This document shows, piece after piece, positions 1-13,700 of a DNA stretch of 63,685 bases; the stretch's first letter is position 1, and each line of letters starts with the position of its first letter. The position numbers were made by a program, and so were the translations under genes. The notes beneath the pieces were generated by a model, which was not told the DNA's origin, ran no database searches, and saw only the letters and a list, made by a program, of their open reading frames with translations. This DNA comes from Enoplolaimus lenunculus (Eukaryota): NCBI GenBank assembly GCA_030248215.1, contig JASANG010002859.1, positions 434,001-497,685 of the forward strand, in the 5' to 3' direction.

Positions 1-1303
1 TTTGCAGCAAAAATGACTATTTTGCGGAAAAAATGCAGCAAAGGAATATTAATGAAAAAGACCTTACACATATTTATTATCTCTAAGGTACACCCTAACT
101 TTGTGTGCTTGTGTGGTATAGCAGATGGCTCACGTAGGCACCATGGCACATAAATGTATAACTTCGAGGGAGTATACACGAGACCAAACGATGGCGTAAA
201 AGCATTGCCTTGAACGATTTGCTCAACAATAAAAAAATACTTGTAACAGGGTATTATCAGCCTGTCATGGTTTTAGTTGTGTCAAATAAATTATTCATCA
301 GCGGTGCCGAGGGACAATGCATTCTAGTATTTGTGATCTTGTACATTTTGGTACAACTTCAATTTCAGGCTTTAGGAAGATCAAAACTTGTCGCTGAATA
401 CTGTATTTGTATTACAGATTTTAGTTTGTATATATCGTTGGTTAAGCATTTTAGATGTTCACGTTTTTGCTTTTCATTATACTGTTTCCAACTAAAAATA
501 TTAGCTCAGAAATTGCCAGAGTGCAACCGATACAGGTCCATCGTGTAGCTTTGGCACCAAATCGACCTTTTGCTGTGATTACGGTAGATTTTGAGTAGTG
601 AAATTTTTCTTTATTTTTATAAAACCTGTGTCGTTCAGGAATATTATTAGTAACTTTGGAGCAATTTTTGAAGTTTCAGTTGCGCAGAGGCGTCGTATAA
701 AATAAACTTCAAAACAACATTTTTTACTGCAGTTTACAGATGTTTTGTTCAAATTACCAAATTTAGACGTTAAATTTTAACTGTCTTATTTTGGTTCAGT
801 CTTGAATTTTGATCTTCGACTATTTTGCAATGGTTTCGCTGACTGCGAAATGTCTATTAAATTATCGTTGATATAAGCGCAAAAGATTTTGAACAAGTAA
901 TAGATTTTTTAAGGAATTCGCTCGGGTGCTGGCATTTACTCTGTCTCTATTGCCACTATTAGGAGCTGCTTGTTAATATATCCAAATTGAACGGTTTTAA
1001 GTTTATTTTGGTTTTCAAAGTAAAAATATATCGGTAATTCGGGGTAACCAGACAGTTTAAAAAATAGACCAGTTTGAAATTAGGTTCAGTGTTCCGCATT
1101 ACTTACTTTGGTTATAATCAAATGTTTGTATGAATTCGACAGTACCGGTATATATTTGTTTGTGTCATAAGTAAACTGTTATTATATTTCAGCATTATAT
1201 ATTTAGAGTTGTTATAGACAAATCTGTTTTAGGTTAACTACGATTATACGATTAATCACCGTAAACTGGGACATTTAAGAACCAATATTCAGGATGTCTA
1301 TGT

Positions 1304-1767
1304 CAGAGTGGGGCATTACCCGCGGGTACCCGCGGGTAAACGCGGGTCTGGTGAAGAATTTCAGGCGTGGGTGTACCCGCGGGTAAAGATTTTTCTATCA
1401 TGTGGGTAAAAAAAGTCACAGTTTTGCCCCGAGGCAAACTTTTAAGTTTAAAGGCGGAAAACCTACGCTATTGTCTGCTTTATTTCTGATCAGGCGCTGC
1501 CCGGGCTCTATTGAGTTGGTTTTGAAATTTTGTGGTGTCTAGTACGTTTTCTTGTGCAATATTCATTGGAGCTGTAAAACGCAAAACTTCATTAAAGTGA
1601 AAATCACCTGCAATCTTTAAAAAATACTGACTTAACTTCAGGTTTGGGTGAAAGGTGGGTAGTAACGAAGATGTTTTTTACGCGGGTATACCCGGGGGTA
1701 AGAAATTATTGTTTGCGCGGATAAAGCGCGGGTCGGGTAAAAAAATCCTTTCCCTCATCCCACTCTG
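1304..1767. mobile_element. hAT-like MITE
   Basis: TIR CAGAGTGGG...CCCACTCTG; 8-bp TSD GTCTATGT (1296-1303) / ATCTATGT (1768-1775); subterminal ACCCGCGGGT repeats. Confidence 0.75.
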
Positions 1768-2721
1768 ATCTATGTACACTACTTTTAGTGTACTACTTCG
1801 CTGCAATCTTTTTAAACTTTTCCAAGTGCAAATTTGTGTTGAAAATTTATTTACGATTATGCTTTACACTTGAAGCTGCATTTTAGTATGAATCAGGACA
1901 AAACATTTGAGCTAAAGCTTAACATCAGTTGCCGGAACAGTTCTTTCCCAGAATATGAATTCGCTCCAGAAAAAATTAAATGCAATGTGTTAATTTAGGG
2001 GTTATATGATGCTTTGAAACATGAAATAATAGAACGACACGTACACTTTCAGATGCCAGTTGTTGCTGGACAACTACGGGAATTGTCTCAAAATTTCGTA
2101 TCATCACAAATTTTAAATTTGATTCGTTCGATAACAACTTGTAAATTGCTAAAAAATATATTTTAAAACTTTTTTGTAAATATGTCTTAAACATTATAAA
2201 ACTTCCAAAATTGCAGTAACATTAAAATATTTACTTTTATTAAAATATGAAAAATTTTACTACCGAAACTGCCGACACCTTCGACAAGAACGCTACTTAA
2301 AACCCGAATGTCTTCGGTCTGCCGGATGCGGGGGCAGAGCTCCGGTCGTACCTTTCGAGCTTGCGGTATGTTTTAAATCAAATTGTCTTTAGAATACCGT
2401 GTTACAAAATACAAAAACATTAGCACAGCTTTTTCGTTTATGACACGAAAAAATAGCTGATTCTTTTAGCATAAAAATTTGAAATCATATTTCACGAGTT
2501 AAACTACGTATGTAAATATTTCAATTATAATTTTAAATTATGTTTAACATTGAACCGATTGATTCGAAAAACAACTGCCGTAAGTTGAAATTTTTTGTTT
2601 CGTTTCAGACCAATGAAATACTTTACACACAAATATTGGCCCACATTGCGAAAAATTTTATTAAAACAATATTAATTCATTGTTTGCTTTGTGTTAATAC
2701 TTTAATTTAAATTACCTAAGG

Positions 2722-2923
2722 GGCCCATATATAGAAGAGGGTCGGAACAGTAGTATGAGTATATTCCCAAGCCTAAGCTTAAGCCAAAGCGTATGGATGA
2801 GGCTATTCCTAAGCCTTAGCCTAAGCCTAAACGTAAGCCTAAGCCAAAACTTAGTCTATAGCCTAAACTGACTGTATAATAACCCCTCCAGAAAGCGATC
2901 CGGTCCTGCTCCATATATGGGCC
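2722..2923. mobile_element. TTAGGC-carrying MITE family A (Merlin-like)
   Basis: TIR GGCCCATATATAGAAGAGGG...TCCTGCTCCATATATGGGCC; flanking duplication CCTAAGG; internal GCCTAA units. Confidence 0.75.
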
Positions 2924-3147
2924 CCTAAGGCATATATAAAACGGTGATAAAAAGGATTTAAACCTCGCAAAGATTCTTGGAAAGACGATTTGGTATCCAA
3001 TACTTTAGTACTATTCATATTCGTAGTGATTAAGTAAACAGTCTAAACGAGTACAAAAACACCTCCTGCAAAGACTACTAAGCAATTCAGTGTGCTAGTT
3101 TGCAAACCTAACGTTCGCTCATATGAAAGGTTCCAATGCCAGCAGAA

Positions 3148-6100
3148 AATTCGACCAATACGCGGTTGTGTATAGGACAGCGGTGAAATCGACCAATAGA
3201 CTTGTGTGTAGGACAGCGGTGAAATCGACCAATAGACTTGTCTATAGGACAGCGGTGATATCGTCCAATAGGCTTGTGTATAGGACATCGGTAAAATCGA
3301 CCAATAGGCTTGTGTATAGGACAGCGGAGAAATCGACCAATAGGTTTGTGTATAGGACAGCGGTAAAATCGACCGATAGACTTGTCTATAGGACAGCGGA
3401 GAAATCGTCCAATAGGTTTGTGTATAGGACAGCGGAGAAATCGACCAATAGGCTTGTGTATAGGACAGCGGTGAAATCGTCCAATAGACTTGTCTATAGG
3501 ACAGCGGTGATATCGACCAATAGGCTTGTGTATAGGACATCGGTAAAATCGACCAATAGGCTTGTGTATAGGACAGCGGAGAAATCGACCAATAGGCTTG
3601 TGTATAGGACAGCGGTGAAATCGACCAAATAGACTTGTCTATAGGACAGCGGTGATATCGACCAATAGGCTTGTGTATAGGACATCGGTAAAATCGACCA
3701 ATAGGTTTGTGTATAGGACATAGGTAAAAGCGACCAATAGGCTTGTGTATAGGACACCGGTGAAATCGACCAATAGACTTGTCTATAGGACAGCGGTGAT
3801 ATCGACCAATAGGCTTGTGTATAGGACAGCGGTGAAATGGATCAATAGGCTTGTGTGTAGTACAGCGGAGAAATCGACCATTAGGCTTACGTGTAGCACA
3901 GCGGAGAAATCGACCAATACGCTAGTGTATAGTACAGCGGAGAAATCGACCAATAGGCTTGTGTATAGGACAGCGGTGAAATCGACCAATAGACTTGTCT
4001 ATAGGACAGCGGTGAAATCGACCGATAGACTTGTCTATAGGACGTCCAATAGGCTTGTGTATAGGACAGCGGTGAAATCGACCAATAGACTTGTCTATAG
4101 GACAGCGGTGATATCGACCAATAGGCTTGTGTATAGGACATCGGTAAAATCGACCAATAGGTTTGTGTGTAGTACAGCGGAGAATCGACCATTAGGCTTG
4201 GTTAGCACAGCCCATGCATAGTGTGTATAGAAGGGAGAAATGACAATAGGCTTGTGTATAGGACAGCGGTGAAATGTCAATAGACTTGTTATAGGACAGC
4301 GGTGATATCGACAATAGGCTTGTGTATAGGACATCGGTAAAATCGACAGTAGGCTTGTGTATAGTACAGCGGAGAAATGACATAGGCTTGTGTATAGGAC
4401 AGCGGTGATCGTCCAATAGCTTGTCTATAGGACAGCGGTGATATACAATAGGCTTGTGTATAGGACATCGGTAAAATCGACAATAGGTTGTGTATAGGAC
4501 AGCGGGAAATCACTAGGCTTGTGTATTGTCTAGTTGTTATAGGGTGTATTGACAATAGGCTTGTGTATAGGACATCGGTATGTAGGTTGTGTTGGTATGC
4601 TAGGTTGTGTATGGCGCGGTGAAATCGACCAATAGACTTGTCTATAGGACAGCGGTGATATCGACCAATAGGCTTGTGTATAGGACAGCGGTGAAATGGA
4701 TCAATAGACTTGTCTATAGGACAGCGGTGATATCGACCAATAGGCTTGTGTATAGGACATCGGTAAAATCGACCAATAGGTTTGTGTATAGGACTGGTAT
4801 TGGTTTTTAGGACGTTGTTTTTAGGGGGTATGACATAGGTTGTGTATAGGACAGCGTCCCGAATCGACATAGGTTTGTATAGGAAGGGTGATGACATAGG
4901 TTGTGTTAGAAGGGTGATCACATAGGTTGTGTATAGGACAGGGTAATCGACATAGGTTGTGTATAGGAAGGTGAATCGACATAGGTTGTGTATAGGAAGC
5001 GTGCAATCCCCCCCTGACTTTTTTAGGACAACACTATCTGGTTTTTGGTTTGGTTTTATCCGGCGCGTCCCCTATCGTAGTTTGTTATAGGGTTTAGATT
5101 TTTAGGGTTTTGTAGTTGTTATAGGACCAATAGGTTGTGTATAGGAGGGTGAATGACATAGGTTTGTGTATAGGAAGGGTGAATCACTAGGTTTGTGTAT
5201 AGGAATGGTAAATGACATAGGTTGTGTATAGGAAGGGTGAATGACATAGGCTTGTGTATAGGACAGCGGTGAAATCGACCAATAGGTTTGTGTATAGGAC
5301 AGCGGTGAAATCGACCAATAGGCTTGTGTATAGGACAGCGGTGAAATCGACCAATAGGTTTGTGTATAGGACAGCGGTGAAATCGACCAATAGGCTTGTG
5401 TATAGGACAGCGGTGAAATCGACCAATAGGCTTGTGTATAGGACAGCGGTGAAATCGACCAATAGGCTTGTGTATAGGACATCGGTAAAATCGACCAATA
5501 GGCTTGTGTATAGGACACCGGTGAAATCGACCAATAGACTTGTCTATAGGACAGCGGTGATATCGACCAATAGGCTTGTGTATAGGACAGCGGTGAAATC
5601 GACCAATAGACTTGTCTATAGGACAGCGGTGATATCGACCAATAGGCTTGTGTATAGGACATCGGTAAAATCGACCAATAGGTTTGTGTATAGGACATCG
5701 ATAAAATTTACCAATAGGCTTGTGTATAGGACAGCGGTGAAATCGACCAATAGACTTGTCTATAGGACAGCGGTGATATCGACCAATAGGCTTGTGTATA
5801 GGACATCGGTAAAATCGACCAATAGGCTTGTGTGTAGTACAGCGGAGAAATCGACCATTAGGCTTACGTGTAGCACAGCGGAGAAATCGACCAATACGCT
5901 AGTGTATAGTACTGCGGAGAAATCGACCAATAGGCTTGTGTATAGTACAGCGGAGAAATCGACCAATAGGCTTGTGTATAGGACAGCGGAGAAATCGACC
6001 AATAGGCTTGTGTATAGGAAAGCGATGAAATCGACCAATAGACTTGTCTATAGGACAGCGGTGATATTGACCAATAGGCTTGTGTATAGGACATCGGTAA

Positions 6101-6520
6101 AATCGACCAATAGGTTTGTGTATAGGACATCGGTAAAATCGACCAATAGGCTTGTGTATAGGACAGCGGTGAAATCGACCAATAGACTTGTCTATAGGAC
6201 AGCGGTGATATCGACCAATGGGCTTGTGTATAGGACAGCGGTGAAATCGACCAATAGACTTGTCTATAGGACAGCGGTGATATCGACCAATAGACTTGTG
6301 TATAGGACATCGGTAAAATCGACCAATAGGTTTGTGTATAGGACATCGGTAAAATCGACCAATAGGCTTGTGTATAGGACAGCGGTGAAATCGACCAATA
6401 GGCTTGTGTATAGGACATCGGTAAAATCGACCAATAGGCTTGTGTATAGGACAGCGGAGAAATCGACCAATAGGATTGTGTATAGGACAGCGGTAAAATC
6501 GACCAATAAGCATGTGTACA
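3148..6520. repeat. 36-bp minisatellite, ~90 units
   Basis: Unit AGGCTTGTGTATAGGACAGCGGTGAAATCGACCAAT with recurring variants; degraded centre ~4190-5250; produces the repetitive ORFs (RTAVKSTNRLVY)n etc. Confidence 0.97.
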
Positions 6521-7361
6521 GCACATTTCGATTTATATTACGTGATACATTATCCCATTTCAGAATGCCACACATTGTTCAATGGAACTTGTATCCACTG
6601 GTTAAAGTAAACATTGCCAAAAAATCGTACGTGCAATTTTACGCAGATTTTAAACACGAAGCAAAGTTGAAGCAAATGATGCAGCAAACGGTAAACAATT
6701 ATAATTGAGTCCCTAAAACCTAATTCGAGTCCATAAATGTCAACTATGCTTAATTGTAGAGCATAAATGACTTCAGGACCAAACAAAGTTGAGTTCGAAA
6801 CTTTAAAACCTACTTAAGATTTGAAGGTACATTCCTATAGTATATCCTTGCATTATCGCTCAAGCTTTTGATACAAGGCAAATAAACGTTGAATTCAACT
6901 GATAGTTGTAACACGGATATATCAGAAACGAAGGGTGGCGTAGCTCGGGTTAAAAATAAAATAACAGTCAGTTACCGAATAACAGGGTGGTGCCCTCTTG
7001 ACAGGTCAAATAAATATCAACCTCCTTTCCTCTTATTCGTGTCACTACAGTGCATAAGTAGTCTTAATACTGTGAATTGTATTTTAGTACGGTCGAAGAC
7101 TGTGTGTGCAGGATACAGTTTCCGGAGTCCTCGATATGGCAACGCTCAATGGTCACAATATGGATTCAACTTCTGAAATTTTTGTATATTTTGAGTAAGA
7201 AGGTTCTATGCGACGTGCCGGGGTAATACCATTTGATACATTTAATATCTTACTTAAAAGTTGTTTCGTTTAAACTCCAACGCGCCTGTCGAGTGCGTCA
7301 ACTTACAGCCTTAAGATATACAGCAGGGATGCCGTCAAATTTCACGCTTTTCACTATTTTC

Positions 7362-7712
7362 TTCTCTGTAAAAACTTAAACTTAAATTATAGCTTAGATA
7401 AACTTGAAAATTAGTTTTAATAAAACTTAAATGACTTGACGAACTAACTAAACTAGATTTTAAAAGTTTTACTAACATGTTTTTAAGTTTAACATGAGTT
7501 TTAAGTAAACTTATTTTTAGTTTAAGCAATAAATGCAGCCCAGAAATTATGTGTATCAAAGAGTTTGTTAAGTTTAGCTTAAACTAAAAAAAAGTACGAC
7601 TTTAAATGAGTTTAAGGGTAACCCTACTCGTTAGTTTAGTTAATTTAGAATGTTAGTTTAACACTCTTGGATTACCTTAAGTTTAATTCAAGTTTGTTTA
7701 AGCTTTTAGTGA
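7362..7712. mobile_element. AT-rich MITE family D (Tc1/mariner-like), diverged copy
   Basis: Colinear with 11832-12174 (AAACTTAAA..ACTAACTAAACTAG..GTTTAAGCTTTTAG). Confidence 0.65.
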
Positions 7713-7782
7713 GTGAAGACCTGATAAAGAAACAGTTGGTGTGATAGAATTAATTAAATTTTGATTTTATATTATTTAACAG

Positions 7783-10700
7783 ATGTGTCGGTGAAGCGGC
7801 AACATGCGGCGATTTCAAATGCAACGTATTCGATCCGCAAACAAGCTTTCGCATGGCACTGAGGTAAACTCTTCTTTGCACTAAAAACTTTTATTTTAAA
7901 TTAAAATGAAATATTACAAAATTCTTTGCATTAATTGTGAAAAACAAAAAAACTCAAATTTGTCGCAAAAAACATTAAAAAATTTAACTCTTTTACCCAG
8001 TCCAGAATTGAGTTCGAAATTAAATTTGCGTTTCATTCGTTATTCGCAAAATTGTTCACACTGCAATTAGAAACTAAAACGAAATTAAAATTTATGAAAG
8101 TGTTTGACTGTTCATTCTGATTTTTGCCCATGTATAGAACAAGACCGGATCGTTTTCCGCAGGGGCTATAATAGAGTCAGTTTAAGCTTTAAACTAATTT
8201 TTTTGCTTAGGCTTAGGCTAAGGCTTAGGCTTAGGATTAGGAATATTCTTATACTACTGTTGCGGCCCTGTTCTATACATGGGCCCTGATTTGTTTATAA
8301 TCAGGTGCTTTTACATGGATCAAAACCAAAATTGTCTGGTTAACATTTATCACACAAGTTGAGTGTGTATCAATTTGTCCCTGAATCCAAATTTTCAGAA
8401 AAGTAAACGCACACTCGTGGTCTCGGCATGAACTTCGCTCCTAATTTAGTTTCTTTAACCCTTTATCACATGAATATTTTTTCCTTGAGACCTACCTTTA
8501 TGCTAGGATTCGAACTCCAGTGACTGGAGTGGACGGCGTATACAATCACCACTCAGCTATAGGAGCTTGACGCTCGAGCCCGAGGGGGCTCTCATGTCTT
8601 CTGGTGATTTAGTACTATGTATACGTGTTGCAATTGTTAAACACGGTGCGATATATATACTATTTAACGTATATACACTGCGCTGAGTTGCTTATAGGCA
8701 ACTCTATGTGAGAACAGGTTAATACCGCACCCAGACTCTTGATTTAGAAAGTTTACAACCTTGTTAGTTGCAGTTTCAAGCAGTTATTATTTAAGTGTTA
8801 CCAGCTTATTCGTCGCTGGACTATTGTTTACAATCGCCATACAAACGTATCGATACTTCCAATCATACTACGAAAACTGGCAAACACAACCAGCGCCTAA
8901 ACCAAACGAAACAATCGAATGGCAGACCAAATTTGCAGTGATATTATTCGAAGGACCATCACAACTTAAACGGTTATTATTGCTGCCTTGTGTGACATTA
9001 CAAAGACGATTGAAGCAACGTCGTCATGCAAAAAGGCCTAACTCCGCCCATATAAGCCAAGCTATTAATTTTTCAGCCCAAACTTCCATCAGTTCTCCTA
9101 CAGGTACTACGTCTGAGACGCCGGCTAATTCTATATCGCTCCATGCTGTTCCCGCACCTGTTGCTATTACCACTGCTGGTCGTGAACGAACGAGTCTTGG
9201 TAAAATGGTCAGAGTAAGTGTCAATGTTTTACAGTTAATCGGTTCGGAAAAATGAAAAATTAAAAAATTTCAAATCCCACTTATAACCCACGCATTATAG
9301 TCGCGGATCTATTTGTCTAATAGTTTCGCTAAGCTCAATATTTCAAATGATTAGCAGAATGACCAGTGTTACTTTAAGGGGCGTCAAGGTTTCTGGTGGG
9401 TCTATAAAAGAGTAGGTTTACGATTCTAGATTACATTTTTTTGCTTAGGCTTAGGCTTAGAAACTCATTTTTGCAAATGCTTAACCTTAGGCTTAGGCTT
9501 AGGAAAACATTTTTGCAACTCTTTAGGCTTTGCTTAGGCTTAGTGATACGCTTTTGCAACGTTTACGCTTTAGGAATACGCTTAATCTACTGTTACGCCC
9601 CTTAAAGTAACATTGGCTTAGGCTTAGGCTTAGGCTTAGGATTACGCTTAATCTACTGTTACGCCCCTTAAAGTAACATTGGCTTAGGCTTAGGCTTAGG
9701 CTTAGGAATACGCTTAATCTACTGTTACGCCCCTTAAAGTAACAATGGCCATGAGCAAAAGTATCACTTAAGTAATCGAAGAAGAATTAATTGTAATCTT
9801 ATTTCATAATAATGAAACTACTGTCTGAACAGCAAAACATGAGTACTATGCTGCATAGTACATTCCCACATTCCCTTTTGGACCTGTATAAAGATCAGGG
9901 GCGAAACGTTTTTCTGCGGGATTACCTACACTAAGCTTAAGCTTTAAGCTAGCTATTTGCGTACGCTTAGGCTTAGGTTTAGGCGTAGGATAATGCTTAT
10001 ACTACTGTTACCGTCGTGTTGTTCTATAGATTGGCTTAAATATTTGTTGTAGCGCACTTGGCGAAACATTACAGTATTGCGATATTTCGTTGGACATCAA
10101 CAGAAACCGCCAAGCCGTATTCGGTATAGAACCAATTCTGTTCGAACGACGTCAACGTATTCAATGCCTTCAAATAATTATAATGTTAAATATGTACGTG
10201 AGGGGATGTCAACTTCAACCCCGGTCGATTCGGATCGTTCTTGGAAAGGTAAATGGTTTACGTCACCGTCGCAGTCACAATTCGACTCGGGAACGGCATA
10301 GGTTGATTTAACAGGTTTTTTTTCGAACGATTTGGATATATGTGGGGGTAATGTACCCATTTGCGGGTTTTCGAAATTAAGGCCAATGTAAAGAACACGG
10401 GTAGAACAGTATTGTAAGCGCATTCCTAAGCCTAAGCCTAAGCCTAAGCCTAAGCCTAAGCGTATGAATGAGCATATTACTAAGCCTAAGCCTTAGCCTA
10501 AGCTAAAACGTAAGAATGAGCATATTCCTAAGCCTAAGCCTAAGCGTAAGAATGAGAATATTCCTAAGCCTAAGCAAAGTAAAAAATTACTCTAAAGCGT
10601 AAAAGCCTAAGCCTTAGTCTAAGCCAAATCGTAAGAATGAGCATATTCCTAAGCCTAAGCCTAAGCCTAAGTCAAAACGTAAGAATGAGCATATTTCTAA

Positions 10701-13700
10701 GCCTAAGCCTAAGCGTAAGAATGAGAATATTCCTAAGCCTAAGCCAAGTAAAAAATTAGTTTAAAGCTTAAGCTTAGTCTTTTCTAGTCCCACAGAAAAA
10801 CGTTCCGCCCTTGATTTTTCATGGGCCAAAATCCCGCAAATTTCTCCCCCGTCGATCTCGTGTAGGAGCATAGATTTCACTACGTTCCTCCTCACGTCAT
10901 ACTTTGTTTACGACTAAAACGGTTATAGAAATCGTCTGAGTATCATAGCTACCGCAATACCTTTTATAGAGCGTACAGTAGTGACCCGAATAAGAAGGTG
11001 GTAATAAGAGCAGGAGGTCCCCATAGGACGTCCGGATCAATTGGAGTCTGTATCCCTACGTGAAGCACGTTAGTGGATAGGACACAGTCATTAGTCCGGA
11101 TTACAGTCCATATCAGGGAATAAATGCAGAAGAATGGCTATGACTGCTGAAATATGTAAGAGACACTTTGTCAACTCGCATAAACTTTATTAAATACAAA
11201 AAAAAGATTAACGATCATGGAACAAAAATACTTCGGAACAAGTAAGTTCTCCAAAAAAGGAATATAAAAAGAAGGGTATTTGGTGTAACTAAACATGGGG
11301 AGACTTAAAAATAAATAACAGTCCGTAACCAAATAACAGTGGTACGCTTTGGAGAGGCAAAACAAAAACAACAGTCTCATTCCTCTTATTGAGGTCACAA
11401 CAGTAAATGGATAGTAACAACAATGCTGGCAATAGAAATCAAATTAGTTGGTCTGCCTTCAGTTTGATAAGGCAACTGCGGGCAAACATATTTTACATTC
11501 GGTGGGACAAAATATTTGGTTGCCATCTTCAACCACAACGATTCAATCAAAACCATATTTCAAAAGAGTCTGTCCATGAAGAAATTAAAATTTGTGATGT
11601 ATCGTTTATTAACCCTTTCTCACATGAATATTTTTAATTTCATATGAGATACAGTTTCAAGGTAAGATTCGAACTCCAGTCTCTCGGGTGAGAGGCGTTT
11701 ACGATGACCACTGAGCTAAGGGGGCTGTCACGTCTTGTGGAGATTTTGCACTGCGCATATATGTTATAAATGTTAAACACTGCTCAAAGTGTCTGTGTTT
11801 CTAATATATTAATTGTATATAGTTGCTCATACTCTCTAAAAATTTAAGCTTAAATTACAGCTTAACTAAACTTGAATATCATTTTACGTAAAACTTAAAC
11901 GACTGGACGGACTAACTAAACTAGAATTTAAAGTTTTACTTCAACTAACGTGTTTTTAAGTTTAACACGAGATTAAGTAAACTTATTTTTAGATTAAGTA
12001 ATAAGTGCAGCAGTGTATTTAAGAGTTCATTAAGTTTAGCTTAAACTGAAAATAAGTAACATTTTAAATGAGTTTAAGCGTAACCTACCAGTTAGTTTAG
12101 TTAATCTTGAAAGATAGTTTAATACTGGTGGATTAGCTTATGCTTAAATCAAGTTAGTTTAAGCTTTTAGAGAGTAGTATACTCTGTGAGTTAAAGGGTT
12201 ATTTTCAGATCGAAACGGAAACATTTCAACGACTCAAACTGAAAACATTAACACTTTACCACCTCAACTTGACTCAAGTACCATCATGCGGTCGCCAGTA
12301 ATCAAATTTCTTCAATCACGAATTCAAAATATGCAACAATTTTCAGTTGCTCATTCTCAACGGCAGTTAGAACCTTCAATTAGCATGACTCCACTGATTG
12401 ATCCAACGTCTGTCGCTCTGAGTCTCCAAACGGGAACGACCAGGGGCTCCTCTCGTGGAATTGATAACTTATCGCTAACCTTAGACGAGACCAACCCTGC
12501 GATCAAAGAAACTAATATTGATTCAGAACACCGAAAATTATCCGTTAATCCTCTCGCGTACCCTAGCATTTACATGCCTGATGGACATCAAGTTCCGCAT
12601 CCCAAACAGCTACAACCTTCCGATACGGTACAACCCACACCGAGACCGTGGATCTACAGCGTTCTTACGGATTCCACTAAATCTAAGACCCTAAGACGAA
12701 GTTTTAGTCGAAAAACTACGCCAAAACCCGCTGACCAATGTTGCGAGCAACTTTATCATTTAAATCATACTTCCAGAATGGATCCATATTTAGTTTCACT
12801 GGATGCCAGGGATACTGTTGCACAAGCGCCATATGCTCTTTCTAAACGAAAACAAGTAGTTCCAAAGGATGACGCTAAACCTTTTGTTAGGAATGGATCT
12901 AAGGTACGCAAACTCAATGTTTTAGTTTATAGCGAACGTGACGGTGTGATGGCAGGGGAAAAGCCTACTGGAACCTATGATCGAAACAATATTGAAATAT
13001 CAAACGCTCAAATTTGTGGACATTTATCATCTAACCACATTAAACTAATACCTCCAATGGAACAGTATCCATCCACCGGTATTTCGAATACAAATTGTTC
13101 AGCTGAAACTGTACCTCTTAACGCGTCCGATACCCTAATAACACAAGCACAGGTACATGACAACCCTCAAAGCGTTCACCGCAACTCAAAATCGAACTTT
13201 ATTCGAAATAAATACCCAACTAAAAGCGTTGACACCTATCGCACTGTACCCAAACTTACCGCCGGTAGAAGCATTTACAGTTCATTTTCGAATTGTCATC
13301 TTGGGCCTGGCAGCCGTCGACCAAGCTTTATCGCTGCAGTAAGAAACAATCAACACACGCGATCACGTAGTACAGATAACATTTTGACTTCGACATGGTT
13401 TGGCAAAGAATCAGCCACAATCGAAAACGGCAATTTTCAACAACAAATACAACAAGAACAAGGCGAGAAGACACTTGGATACGAACGTTTGAAAACAGAA
13501 CGAGAGCGTCATAACGATGGCAAAAGAGAGACGGCAGCAAAGACAGCAGCATCAAGTCCGGGAGACGAAAAAGCCGAAACGACAGAAAATTCAATCATCC
13601 ATAATTCAGTATGGGTTTCAGGAGTGCGTGAACATCAGAGAAAAAAATCCGCACCAAACGAGAACAGCAAGTATTTTCGACAGATGATGGAACAGAACCA

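Noticed and set aside
3043..6708. Many long repetitive ORFs on both strands
   Set aside because: By-products of a stop-poor 36-bp minisatellite; no independent evidence of coding.
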